Source: Podarcis tiliguerta (lineage: Eukaryota). Taken from it: a stretch of DNA of 64,000 bases. The notes under the pieces were generated by a model. It ran no database searches and was not told where the DNA came from. It saw nothing but the letters and a program-made list of their open reading frames with translations. Position numbers and translations under genes: made by a program. Numbering within the stretch: the first letter of the stretch is position 1; every line of letters begins with the position of its first letter. Below are positions 52,810 to 64,000 of the stretch, in pieces. Location: the NCBI GenBank assembly GCA_965153285.1, contig OZ229113.1. One strand, 5' to 3'.

Positions 52810-53020
52810 CTCTCTGTTGTTATACTGGAGGTCCCTGCTTCGAAACTTGCTCCACCCTCACACCCACTTGGTGGCCAAGCCAAGCTGTTATCCCTGCCCT
52901 TCCTCCTAATCTGCAATATGAAGATAATGATACCAATCTATCTTACAGAATTGTGGGAAGGATTAAGTGAGATAACGTGAAGCACTCCATTGCAAAACAG
53001 AAATCATTGATAAAGTGCTT
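52810..53020 (+). mobile_element. Degenerate MIR/CORE-type SINE
   Basis: B-box-like CTTCGAAACTT and the core ATCTGCAATATGAAGATAATGATACCAATCTATCTTACAGAATTGTGGGAAGGATTAAGTGAGATAA. Confidence 0.6.
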
Positions 53021-53027
53021 AGGAGTA

Positions 53028-53058
53028 ACACACACACACACACACACACACTCACACA
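53028..53058. repeat. (CA)n microsatellite
   Basis: Directly visible. Confidence 0.9.
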
Positions 53059-54307
53059 CTAAATGCTTCCGTACCTTCCACTTTCTGTATCCAGGAAACA
53101 TTTTCCACCTTGACTTCTTACATGTAGCAGAGGAACGCGGGGAAGCTGAGTAAGGGTGCTTACTTGGCTCTTGCAGAGTGCTGACCAGGCCCGCTGAGCT
53201 TACCCTTTGCCCAACACTCAGTCCAGGGTCACTGGAGGGGAAGGTGGGTAACAGCAGGCAAATACCTTTCAGAGAAGCTTGTTGGCCATTGCAATTCTCT
53301 AATGGAGGAATTCCTGGTCCATTTCTAAAGAGCCCCAGAACCTTCAGCACTGTGTTCTTTTTAAAAACTGATTAGGCCCAGGGCAATGCATCATATTATT
53401 ACAGAAAGAGATCAAGGTAAGAGAGAAATACATGCTAAGTAAATGTTTGCCAGTGGAAGCTGGATGCCTAGCATAAATAATGTTATTACTAGGAAGATCT
53501 GAGATTGTGTGTGAGAGGGACCTTCCGCTTAGCTGCAGTTCACGCTGGGGCCTGTTTTGGAGAGTTGTCAGGGGTGGCCGTTTTGCTTTCTCCCACTTGC
53601 ACTCCATTTAGAGTAAAAAACTTCAAAAGAATACTTGCTGCGGAAATCGGAGATGAATCACCACAGGGTCCTGGCAAGCAGATGGCATCAAAAGCATCCT
53701 TTCCGCTACTTCTGAGTAATAATTCAGTGAAATCTTAGAGACCACGTTATTGAAGTAGTCATACTTCATGTTTTCAGTGAAAGAGACAGGTGCGGGTCCT
53801 GAACGACTCAGATTCACATGGCATGCAAGCTGTGATCTAGGCACTGTTTCCTCACCCTGCTGGTTTGGTTTCCTCTCTTCATATGCTGCAGTAAAATGCA
53901 TGGTCTATAACGCAGGATGGTGGATGTTTTAAAGCTGGCAAATAGCCTGTCAGCTCCCCAAATGATGCTTGCCTTTTAACTTTGGAAATAAGAGAGACAT
54001 TAGAATACATTAAATCTAAACATCTGTGCAGTCTTGAGGAGGAGGCATGCATTATTGCTGAAGTATTACCCAGAGGAAGATGTGGGAATCTGTTTTATAG
54101 AGTGACAGAGGAAAGAGCGAGGAGGAACCAGTATGGAAGGGGGAAAGCTGCTGAAGTGTCAGACTCACTCATGGCTGCAGATGGCCTGAGCTAAGCAGCC
54201 TCTTTGCAAAGCAGCCTCCTATTTACCATTTTCACTACACAAAATAAGGGTGCCCTTTCCTTCCATCCTCTGAAATAGCGAATGGCTTTGTTTGAAAGAA
54301 CATAAGC

Positions 54308-54563
54308 CAGGGGTCAGCAACCTTTTTCAGCAGGGGGCCAGTCCACCATCCCTCAGACCATGTGGTGGGCTGGACTATATTTTTTTGGGGGGAGGGGGAA
54401 TAAACGAATTCCTATGCCCCACTAATAGCCCAGAGATGCATTTTAAATAAAAGGGCATGTTCTACTCATGTAAAAACACGCTGATTCCCGGACCATCCAC
54501 GGGCCAGATTTAGAAGGCAATTGGGCCACATCTGGCCCATGGACCTTAGGTTGCCTACCCCTG
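54308..54563 (+). mobile_element. hAT-type MITE
   Basis: TIRs CAGGGGTCAGCAACC...GGTTGCCTACCCCTG; perfect 8-bp TSD ACATAAGC (54300-54307, 54564-54571). Confidence 0.92.
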
Positions 54564-54800
54564 ACATAAGCATTACCTCACTAGATCAGCTCAAGGTCCC
54601 TCTACCCCTAGCATCCTGCTCCCCACAGTGGCTAACCAGAGGCATTCATAAACAGGGCATGAAACCGATGTCCCAACATCCAGCGCACTGTCTTTGAATG
54701 TAAAGATTCTCTTTGATTATCATCACCACAATTCTTAATTAACCACTGTGTAAAAAAGTTGTTCTTTTTGTCCGCCTTGAAGTCGTTGTTCATCATTGAT
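54564..54800 (-). mobile_element. Old CR1-like LINE 3' end
   Basis: AAGAACATAAG tail split by the MITE, then CTAGATCAG...AAGGTCC...AGCATCCTG...CCACAGTGGCTAACCAG and later ACCACTGTGTAAAAAAG, resembling a CR1 3' UTR. Confidence 0.5.
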
Positions 54801-55904
54801 CAGATTGATCTGAGAGATGGAGGGGAAAGGGACACCTCACTCTCTGTTTCATGCATAACTTGTATACTCCCTTTCAGATTCAGCCAGACTATTGGCAATA
54901 TGTTTAGGAGCTGATGGCATAAGTTTCCTGCCCTGGCCTTCTGTTCTTTTTCTTTTGCGGGTTGGGGTAGGAGAATTGAACACTGTCTGTTGGCCCTGAA
55001 TGCAGCTAAAACAAGTGTTCCTGTCAAGGGGATTCAGTTGAAGAGAAAATCTGCTGGTCAGCTCATTTGATTGTGGATGAAGTGCGGAGTCTTGTAATAA
55101 ATCTCAGGCTTAGACACTGAGGCTTTATGATCCAATACATTTTCTGGAATCTCCTGGGTCATACAGATCAGCATTCATGTGATATTTACTCCTGTCTTCA
55201 GAATGATTCAGTCCTTGTTCACTTTCAGATAAGTGCCTGCACTTGGAATGGGGGTGGGGTGGGGGATATTGTGAAAAGGAAATGGAACATGCACTAAAAA
55301 TGCAGCTTGTGTGTCTGTCATGCGCGTGTCTGCACAGATGGTGGTTTCATACACAAATGGCCATGCATGTATGTGTGCAACCCTACTGTGTGCTTATATT
55401 TGGCTGTGCAATTGTTTATACCATGACAAGTTAGATATTTTTAAAAGATCCTTACATACTGTATTGCGTTTTGGAGTGTTCTCAGTGAAAGCATGCAGTG
55501 AAAGCTGGCTCTCTTGGTGGAGAGTCCTCCACGTGACTGGGGCCCCTGTGTGACCAGTTCTCCCAATCAAGTGGAAGAACCTCCATTATTACGGTTGCCC
55601 AACCCCTTCTTACATTTATTCGGGGCACAGAGATCAGGGTGGAGCCAGCCGAGTGGGCACAAGGTTGAGGGCAAGAGCAGTTCTGAAACTACTCTTTAAT
55701 CCCGTGGAGCTCATGTGAAAATGGCAGTTTCCCCCATCCCCCGACATTTACTTGCAAAGGTAGAATGTGACTATTAATTCTAAATATTTAATTTATTTAA
55801 GACAGGGAGCTTTTATGCTTGCATATGTTGCTCTTGTACATATCCATGTGCATAACTGTCAATGGCTGTGTTGTCTGTATTAATACAAACCATACAAAAA
55901 TATT

Positions 55905-56340
55905 ATTTTTAAAAATATTTTTTATTATGTTTTACAGTTTTATATTCAACACAAACATCATTATCATGCATATATATAAATCCCAACCCCCCCACCCCCC
56001 CTCCTCTCATGACTTCCCTCAACTTCATCTTCTGGTTCTTTCAATATTTGCTTCTGCTGCCTATCTTAATCTACCTTAATTTTGTAATATTTTAATTAAC
56101 TATTATTGTATTCTTATCATTTTTATACACCCTCTTCCAAATTACATATTTCACTTTATTATTTTCATCATTTTTACCTCTTAACTTTTGTATTTATTTT
56201 CTTAATTGTAAGTGTTTACTCAAACCCTGCTAGTGAGTCCAACAACATAAACGCTTCCCAATCATTTTTGAAATCTCTATTGTTTTTATCTCTTTGTTTC
56301 CCGGTTAACTTCGCCATTTCAGCATATTCCATCAATTTTT
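55905..56340 (-). mobile_element. L1/Tx1-clade LINE 3' end
   Basis: Minus-strand translation of ~56340-56220 gives KLMEYAEMAKLTGKQRDKNNRDFKNDWEAF..., an L1-type ORF2 C-terminus. It is followed by an AT-rich 3' UTR with a G-rich tract and an A-rich tail. Confidence 0.75.
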
Positions 56341-57728
56341 CTGTACAAAATTGTACAAAAATTAGACTTGATGCTTAGTTGCCTTCTGTGTTGAATAATC
56401 AATTCTAGCACAGGCAGTAATCTACAAACAACTTAAGCTGGTATATTTATAGCTGGATTCATCCTGGCCTGCCTCTAGTATGCATTTATTGTAAAATGCA
56501 TGTGGATATTAATTTGTGAAACTCAAAGGTGGCCTGCAGCTGCCCACTATTAAAGCTAGGGCACTGGTGTCAATTCAAAGGTGAATCGTTCATGTTAGAT
56601 TATTAGTGTGGTTGCATATAATTATATCTCAGAAAATAGCAATGTTGGGTTGGTAAAATTTCAGATAGTTTACACGTGACAAAATGGAAGCTTACATTTC
56701 AGTTTTGTTGTTGTTTTTAATTGAAATTCATTCTTCTCTCCCATGGCATTATACCGCCATTTTGAGAAGCAAAAAAGCACGCAGATAACTTGTAGATAAG
56801 GTTACCCACTGAGTTCTGCTACCTTTTAAAGAGTTCACACTACTATGTGGATACATATGTATGTACCTGCTGTTTCACCAAAAAGCTCAGGGCAGTGTAT
56901 ATGCATATTTCCTAGAGCTGAGCTGAAAATTCCCATAAATCTTTTTTCTATTTATAAAATTTCAGAAAGTTTCTCTCTCACACTGCTGCCCCTAGAAAAA
57001 GGCCACATTTACAGAACTTTCTCAGAATATATTCTACCATGTTTCTGTGGAGGCCCACCATTTATTCTCATACCCACTATACAAAAGTGCCTTGAAATGA
57101 TAGTAGATCCCAAAGATTGGGGAAGGATACAAAATGGAGGGCAGTCTGCCAACATACTTGTTGCTGTTGCCACCTGCAGTTGCAGCCAAAACAAAGAAAC
57201 AAAAAGCACCAACCAACCAAAAACACTTTAGGAAATAAGAAAGAAGCTGTGCCTTTGCAATTGTGAACACCCACTCCCAATAAAATTTCAAAGACTTTCT
57301 CAAAATGGTGAAAATCACATAAAGTGGTATTGGCAGCTTCTCTGTGGAGAATTTTGAGAGGCCATTTGCACACAGTTTCCCCCACCCCCAATGCTATCTT
57401 CTCAACAGCCATCACAAGGAGGAGCTCTACACAAGTAAAGGATCAGTTAGGCTGTGTCACTGGCCTTGCACGATTCCCTGGCACTGTGCGCTAAGTGTGA
57501 ACATCTTTTGAAGGGGTATCTTGAACCCTGTGTATTAAGTGTTCCTTTGTCCACTTTGTCCAAGCTTTTGTAGTGTTAGCAATATAGAATGCACTGTTGG
57601 CGTTTTTCTCTAGAGGCCGTTTTGCCACAAATATTAATCACACATGTAATAAACATATGCCAAGATGTTGTATGATAAGTGTTAGGTGATGAATTTACTT
57701 CCTTATAGGAGGACGTCAGGTTTTGGTA

Positions 57729-57863
57729 CAAGGATGGGAAACCTGTGGTTTTCCTGCTGCTGTTTGACTCCAGCTCTGCTTAGGCCCTGTCAGCATGGGT
57801 TGTGATCAGCGGCAATGGGAGTTGTACTCTAACGTTAGGAGAGCCACACATTCCCTATCCCTG
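57729..57863. mobile_element. Short hAT-type MITE (degenerate)
   Basis: Imperfect TIRs CAAGGATGGGAAACCTGTGG...CCACACATTCCCTATCCCTG, with internal ATGGGAGTTGTA. Confidence 0.7.
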
Positions 57864-59627
57864 CCATGGCAGATTGTGGGTGGAATCTGCCATATGCTGA
57901 TGAACTGTGGACAGAATATGGCACTTCCTGCCTTTTCAAAGTCCCATATTGGTTCCTTGACAGGATGCTATTAATTGCTGTTTGGTTGGTATCCATATCT
58001 TTCAACTGCATATTCAGGACCACTGATATTCAGGACTATTGATTTAAAGCATCACTAAATTTCTTAGTCCATACATGCAAAATGTAACATCTCAGGCGTG
58101 GCAAAATTTATATGCAGTCATCAAATGTTTGCGTTTAGCATTGATTTTGCCCAAAGGTAAAATTTTGCAATGCAGATGCAACCAAGCTGTCATGAGAACT
58201 TGAAAGATAAGGGCAGAAGGATCCCTGGGAGCTGCGATTTTCAACCCCCATGTTAGTTTGTTTTTATTCATTCTCTTGATGATGGCTGTCTTCATCGGAA
58301 GAAACCAGTTGTTCAAGGTCACAACAAAAGTATCTCTCTGGGTGTGCATGTGCACATATGCACATGCAAGTGTCTTTTAAATCCCTTGTGGATTCGTTTA
58401 GACAATTAGACAGTTATCGCATTATCTTTACTACACTGGAAGAGAGTAATTCCAGAGTGGTGATGTATATGGAATAGTACGTCTATTTCTAAAAAGCCAC
58501 ATTTTCAAAAGGAAATAAATAGGGAGAGACATTTGGTTCACCAATGCATTCAAGTCACATTCTTCAACCTAATAGATGTGTATGAAGAACAGCAAGCAGG
58601 AGGAGGGAGGGAGCTCTTTGCAAAGTGGTTATATAAGGCATTAGATCTTAACTGCTAAAAGAAGCCGGTATTATTCTGGTGTCTGTGTATTACTTTGCAT
58701 AATGTAAAATGTTAGCATAATAAGAACACTGTTATTTTAAGTTTCTTCATGGATGGTTACACACATTACACATCTCCATCTTTTTTTTTGGTTGTTCCAT
58801 TTGGATGTTTGCAATTACTCTGGCAGCAACCCAACATGTGCGCACATGTGTATAAAAATGGCTGCATTATGTTTAGAACATGGGAGATATATGGAGCCTT
58901 TCATATGTTGATTTGATGTGATTCCACAGGGCTATGTGTGAAAAATGTAGCCAGATAATGTGTGCTAACCTGCATGACCTCCCCTGTTCATCAGCACTCT
59001 TCCCAGGTGGTGAATCAGGGGCACAATTTTATAGTTTTTCAGAGTGGATGATCTAAACTTTATGAACTGTTCTCAGGTGGAGAGAAGGTTTAGGATGATT
59101 GGCAGATTCCTTCTCCTACCACCACCTTTTAGGGGGAGGATTCATCCTGTTTAGTTACAGCAGGAACAGTAGCTCTTCCTGGTGATATAAGTTCACAGCA
59201 TGGTTTGTACAATTGCATCTAGTGTTCTTCTCTGCCATCCTCATCAAACTGTCCAACAGAGCTGCTTCAGGTGGTAAATAGGCTGGTTAGGCTCAGCCCA
59301 CTAACGGGGGCATCTTGCCAATCTAAAGCATACTGTGACAAATTTGCTTTTCACTTTGAGAGCAATATTGCTTGTATTCACTCCAAATGACCCCCACCAT
59401 TAAGCAAATCTTGGTAATATCCCAAGATATTCCTGTCAAGGAAGGTCTTCAGGAAGTTTGAGTCATTGTGGGCTGAGGATATAGACAAGACACTTACAGG
59501 GGTATGAGTGACCATATGCCTCCTTGACCTTGCTGGAGTAAGTGGAAATGAGAAGGGGTCAATTTCCTTCATGAGCAAAGATCACCCTATGGATGAGCTA
59601 ATTGCAGGTGTATGGTCAGCCATTCCA

Positions 59628-59641
59628 GTTGCTATGGTAAT
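59628..59641. promoter_or_regulatory. RFX X-box motif
   Basis: GTTGCTATGGTAAT. Function untested. Confidence 0.35.
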
Positions 59642-60035
59642 GACTTGGTGCCCCAACTGTATACGTATGAGATTAATGTATGTCAGCTCAGTTAGTTAGT
59701 TGTGGGTAGTTGGTCTGCTGTAATTTGGTGTTATTTGTCTGGTGATACATCATGAATTGCTGGAGTTTATTTGGAGCAACTTTGTACTTGTATGTATCTG
59801 CATATGTCTGGACTGTATCTATGTCCATAACTGTTTTACTGAGCCTTATCTTCTGCAACAGTAAACTATCTGAACTTTTCTCTGTGTCTGTGTGGTGACT
59901 GGTACTGGGAGCAACTTCCACTGTGTGGGTATCTCACCTGAGATTCCCAACAGACCTTGTCCATCTTGGTTTTTTGTGATCTAGCTGAGAGAGATTGATT
60001 AGGTGAGTTCAAGGTACGGTTAATACCTATTTACT

Positions 60036-60930
60036 AGACGGAGTGGTGTCATCCACATTGAAGGAAGCAATAGTACATCCCCACCTGAAGAAGTCCTCCC
60101 TGGACCTAGAGGTCCAGATAATTACTGTTCAGTTGTGGATGCCTCTTTTCTGAGGTAGGGTGATCAAGAGGGGGGTTGTCTCAGTGGCTTTAAATACAAT
60201 GGACCACAATATTTATTTATTACTATTTTATTATTTAAGATAATTGGATCCATATTAATTACCTGCATTTCTAGGTTGTGTGCATAAAAAAAAATCCTTA
60301 GAAAATGGGACAATAAAACCATAAAAGCCTATCAAATCAAACACTAGTTCCTGAAGCACCCATTTGGATTAGAGGCACTGTGTTGCAATGGTTTTGCTTT
60401 TATCTCCCTGGTCACTATAAGAAAGTAGCTTGGGGGCGGAGAATCCTGTCCAGCCCCATGGCAATTGTGCTATGGTGTTTCTCATGCTACTTAATATCTA
60501 TTGGGGCACTATGGGTGAGTAGTTCCCTTGTGCAAGAAATTGGTCAGTCACCTACCATGGATGGGGTTGCACTCTCTCTGAGGGAGCAGGCTAACAGTTT
60601 GAGGGTGCTTCTAGATGGGATTACTGCAATGCATTCTATGTGCAATGCTTCTCACCCACTTGATCCAGAAACCGCAGTTAGTGCAGAATGCTGCAGCACG
60701 GTTGCTAACAGAAGTGAGGCCTTGCCAGCATTTAACACCTGTGCTCAGAGATGTGCACTATTTGTCAAGTTGCTACTTGAACTTGGGTCAAGTTCAAGGT
60801 GTTGTTATTGGTATATAAGGCCCTTAATAAATTGGGACCAGTTTACCTAGAGATTCCCCACATGTGCCCACCTGACTGCTTTGATTGGCAGAATTGGCAC
60901 TATGACAGGTGCTACATGACCCCTGCTCCA
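60036..60930 (+). mobile_element. Fragmented L2 LINE ORF2 (reverse transcriptase) remnants
   Basis: Frameshifted motifs LKEAIVHPHLKKSSLD, GTVLQWF, MDGVALSLREQANSLRVLLD, DYCNAFY, LVQNAAARLLT and LLVYKALNKLGPVYL, typical of L2 RT and C-terminal regions. Interrupted by AT-rich sequence at ~60180-60350. Confidence 0.85.
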
Positions 60931-62124
60931 TATTTGTACAAACTTGTAAGTACTGTTAGCTGCAGGCAGTACAAAGCCCTTGCAAAGGGGGTTTTCCTTA
61001 TTTAAAAGTTCAGCACAATTGCAAAGTGTGCATAGTCCTGCACCATCAGGAGGTCAGTGACCTTTCCAGTTTTGCGTTGCTGGTCCAACAATTTTTACTG
61101 AACTATAAATCAACAAGACAGATGAAGGGCTAGAAGGGAAAGGCAAGAGAGAGGTACTTGAAGTTGCAACGGAAGGTCAGGGAAGGAGCAGAAAGTAAAA
61201 TCCAAATCTCACCAAATTCTGTTTGGATGAAATTTAACAATTCCTTCATCAGATTCCAGTAATAAAATCACATTCTCCTCATCTCCAGTGCCAGTTTTTT
61301 GAGCAGTGCGCTGTTCTATCAATAATCTCTCTCTCTCTCCCCCCACCCCCCTCTCTCCCTGCCCCACTTCTCAAATTAATTTTCAGAAAGCTCTTAGTTA
61401 TTTAAACAGTAGTTAGAGACAAACTGCGTAGAATTTTTCAGATATACAGAGTATTCATCTGGGATTGTGAATTCCAGAGTAGGCAGGTGCATTTCAGCCC
61501 AATAGTCAATATTTAGAGCAGATGCCTATTCTGTAACTGGTGGTGTATATTTTATTAGAGCTGTAGCACTGTAGAGCTGTGATCAGCAGGAAAATATAAC
61601 CCTGATGGATACAGCTGATGAAAGCATTGATATTTACATATGTGTTGCTTTGTAAGGTGGACACTTCTCATAGTCCGCATCTCCCTCCCTCCTTCTCCTC
61701 TGAAAGTGCTTTCAGACTGGAAAGTGTGCAAAAAAAAACAAAAACAAAAACCTGCGCTGACAGCATTGTTTCATGCATTTAATCCTATTCATCAAATCTG
61801 CTTGACACTTAAAGAAGGTAAGAACACAGGCATTTGAGATCAGTATATCCTTCCAGCTGACGGAATATTGACACAGCTCTGCAGGCTACAAGGGAGGGAA
61901 TAAGTGTATGTTTACTCCCAGGTAAAATGCATAGGATTGCAGTCTGCGTAATGATAAACACTTTTCTTTTAAAGCCCTCTTTGTTAGTCTTTTCTATTTC
62001 TTGATAATGGTAGGTGTTTTATATTATGCAAGACAAATATAACCATTATCATGCCTCTGTAGTAGCACAGTATTAGTCTTATTGACAAATAGGGAAAGGG
62101 AAATGGGTTGCAAGTCTATATTCT

Positions 62125-62250
62125 GGGATAGCTCATTCAGTAGCGCATGAGACTCTTAATCTCAGGGTCCTGGGTTTGAGCCCCAGTTGGGCAAAAGATT
62201 CCTGCATTGCAAAGGGTTACAGCAGAAGACCCTTCCAGTTCTAGGAGTCT
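62125..62250 (+). mobile_element. tRNA-Lys(CTT)-derived SINE with CR1-derived tail
   Basis: GGATAGCTCATTCAGTAGCGCATGAGACTCTTAATCTCAGGGTCCTGGGTTTGAGCCCCAGTTGGGC matches tRNA-Lys-CTT with several substitutions and a damaged B box. It is followed by AGATTCCTGCATTGCA, shared with the CR1 at 42069-42084. Confidence 0.85.
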
Positions 62251-64000
62251 TCTGGTGAAAGCCTTGGGGGGTTAATGTCTGTGTTTTGTTAACAGGGTTG
62301 CATGTGACTAAATCATAGAGTGAAATCCGTACATTTAAGTTATACGCCATTTCACTTGGTGTCAAAGTACTCAAGGCAGGTTACTATTTAAAACATCTTA
62401 ATGTAATGTTGCCTCAAATTCCATTGTGAAGGAGCTCTTTCAGAAGGGCACCAAAGCAGCAGATTAGGAAACAAACAATGATTGTAAGCTGTGTGTGAAA
62501 GTGTGGAAGGTGGGTGGTGTGTCACAAACCCACTCACATCTTTTGGTATAGCAGCTCATGGCAAAACTATCGGCAGAACTCTCCTGGATAAGATTCAAGG
62601 TCATCCCAGCTGACTAGTATGTGGCCATGTTGTCGTTTTCATCACCTCTATCTGTTATGGTAAGGTTCTGATTAATTTAGTTAATTGCAAATTTAAATTC
62701 TTAATGCAATTGATATTTTAGGCATTCTTTATCTGCTTGATTGCTTTTTAAAAAGCAACCCATTTCTTAAAAATATATATAAAAAATCAAATATGCAATG
62801 TGTGAAGGAAAGTACACTTCTGGAACCACCTTAATGCAGTTGGTCTCCCTGTTGTACAAAACTAGTGGAAGTGAAGCAGAACTAAGAAGATTCAAAGTAT
62901 TTTGTGCACAGTCAAACTTACCTGTAAAATGGTGGGGGAGAAACTTACTGAGGAACGAGAAGCCTTTAGTTTGGCCTCTAATCCTTTCTGTATTCAGAAA
63001 TTAGGTCTAGATATGCATCGCAGCATGTATATGTATGAATTTGCTATTGCCTTGTTCCACCAATCCCTCCTTCTGCTATTTTCCCTTTGTCAAAATTCGG
63101 ACAACCAATTCCTGAGTGCAGGGACCTATCCTTTCCTTTAATTTCTCAGTGAAGCACATGAATTAGAGTTGATACTAGGTCCTAGTACCCTATCAGCCCT
63201 GCTGGCCAGTAATGCCTGACCTGGGCTTTCCATAAAAACCAAGTCAGTGTCCCCCTATGCCTACTCCAGGTGGCTATCATTTTTGACCATGCATTGAAAA
63301 GTGAGGTGACTTTGGGGGTGGGGGCATTGTGGCTAAAACAAAACAAAAGAAAAAGCCACAACAAAGACATGGCGGCTGTTGTACATGTTTCATGTCTGAC
63401 CCCACTTTCCCCTCCCCAAGTGCCCTGGAAGCTCATTCAGTTTCCATGATGAAAAAATATAGCACCTAGATCTGCAGTGCTACAGGTCTGTTGATGCCAT
63501 GAAGGCAAGCCCCTTCAGGAAATCCCCTGGACTCTATGGGAGGCCACCATTGTTTGAAAAACCCACCAAATAAATGACATTTTGCTGAGGGCCCTCTGAG
63601 TCATTGCTCCGGCCCTGGCATCAATTATGTTATGCAGTAGCAATGTATATCGCTAACGACTAAATCATCCTCAGAATAAACTATCTTGTTGATTTCTACG
63701 CAGCATTTTAGGGTGTATCTTTTCAGTTGTATTCTACAGGCCTCCGTTTGTGTTTCTGGCAGTACATAAGTCAGGGATGACATGCCATGTATTGCTGTGC
63801 CTTGTTTCATTTGTCATTTTGAGGCAATCTCCAGACAGTGAGGTCAGACAAAGTGTGTGCACTGAATGGGTCCAACGAAAAGCAGCCAGTCAGATGAATT
63901 AGGACACAATAAGGAGATAAACAAATATTCTAAAGGAGAACAACTGTAAGGTGAAAAAATATATGCAATGTTCTTTTGCTCTTTTTTCATAGTTTTCTTG

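Noticed and set aside
55893-56362. TACAAAAAT as the TSD of the L1 fragment
   Set aside because: A low-complexity A-rich 9-mer in AT-rich context could easily recur by chance.
59378-59490. Minus-strand terminal exon (…FLKTFLDRNILGYYQDLLNGGGHLE*)
   Set aside because: An acceptor-like site is present, but I found no homology and no supporting upstream exons. Chance cannot be excluded.
60380-61005. ORFs of 156, 67 and 68 aa as genes
   Set aside because: Frameshifted L2 reverse-transcriptase remnants.
62123-62192. Functional tRNA-Lys(CTT) gene
   Set aside because: The acceptor stem and the A and B boxes are mutated (GGTTTGAG instead of GGTTCGAG), there is no oligo-T terminator, and a CR1-derived tail follows. 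It is a SINE copy.

Overview
AT-rich (roughly 40-45% GC by eye), CpG-depleted vertebrate genomic DNA. The repeat content points to a squamate reptile, most likely a lacertid-type lizard: BovB/RTE, CR1, L2 and L1 LINE fragments, MIR/CORE-type and tRNA-Lys-derived SINEs, CAGTGGTACCTC-ended Tc1/mariner MITEs and hAT MITEs with 8-bp TSDs. I could not recognise any host protein-coding exon, CpG island, functional RNA gene or prokaryotic system. The ORF-track entries are either transposon remnants or chance ORFs. The window looks like a long intron or gene desert. An apparent G>C skew and mostly minus-strand LINE ends tentatively suggest a + strand host transcript, but I did not compute this. Best-supported structures: a solo LTR with a perfect 5-bp TSD (48880-49445); a 5'-truncated BovB with an 11-bp TSD carrying an in-frame nested SINE (50377-51066); several MITEs with intact TSDs; a CR1 LINE and a tRNA-Lys SINE sharing a 3' tail; and a template-switch inverted duplication forming a perfect 28-bp hairpin (12327-12423). 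More speculative: dispersed RFX X-box motifs, candidate recursive-splice and cryptic-exon sites, and an unclassified LTR-like element at 26546-27291. I see no convincing evidence for a wholly new biological system.
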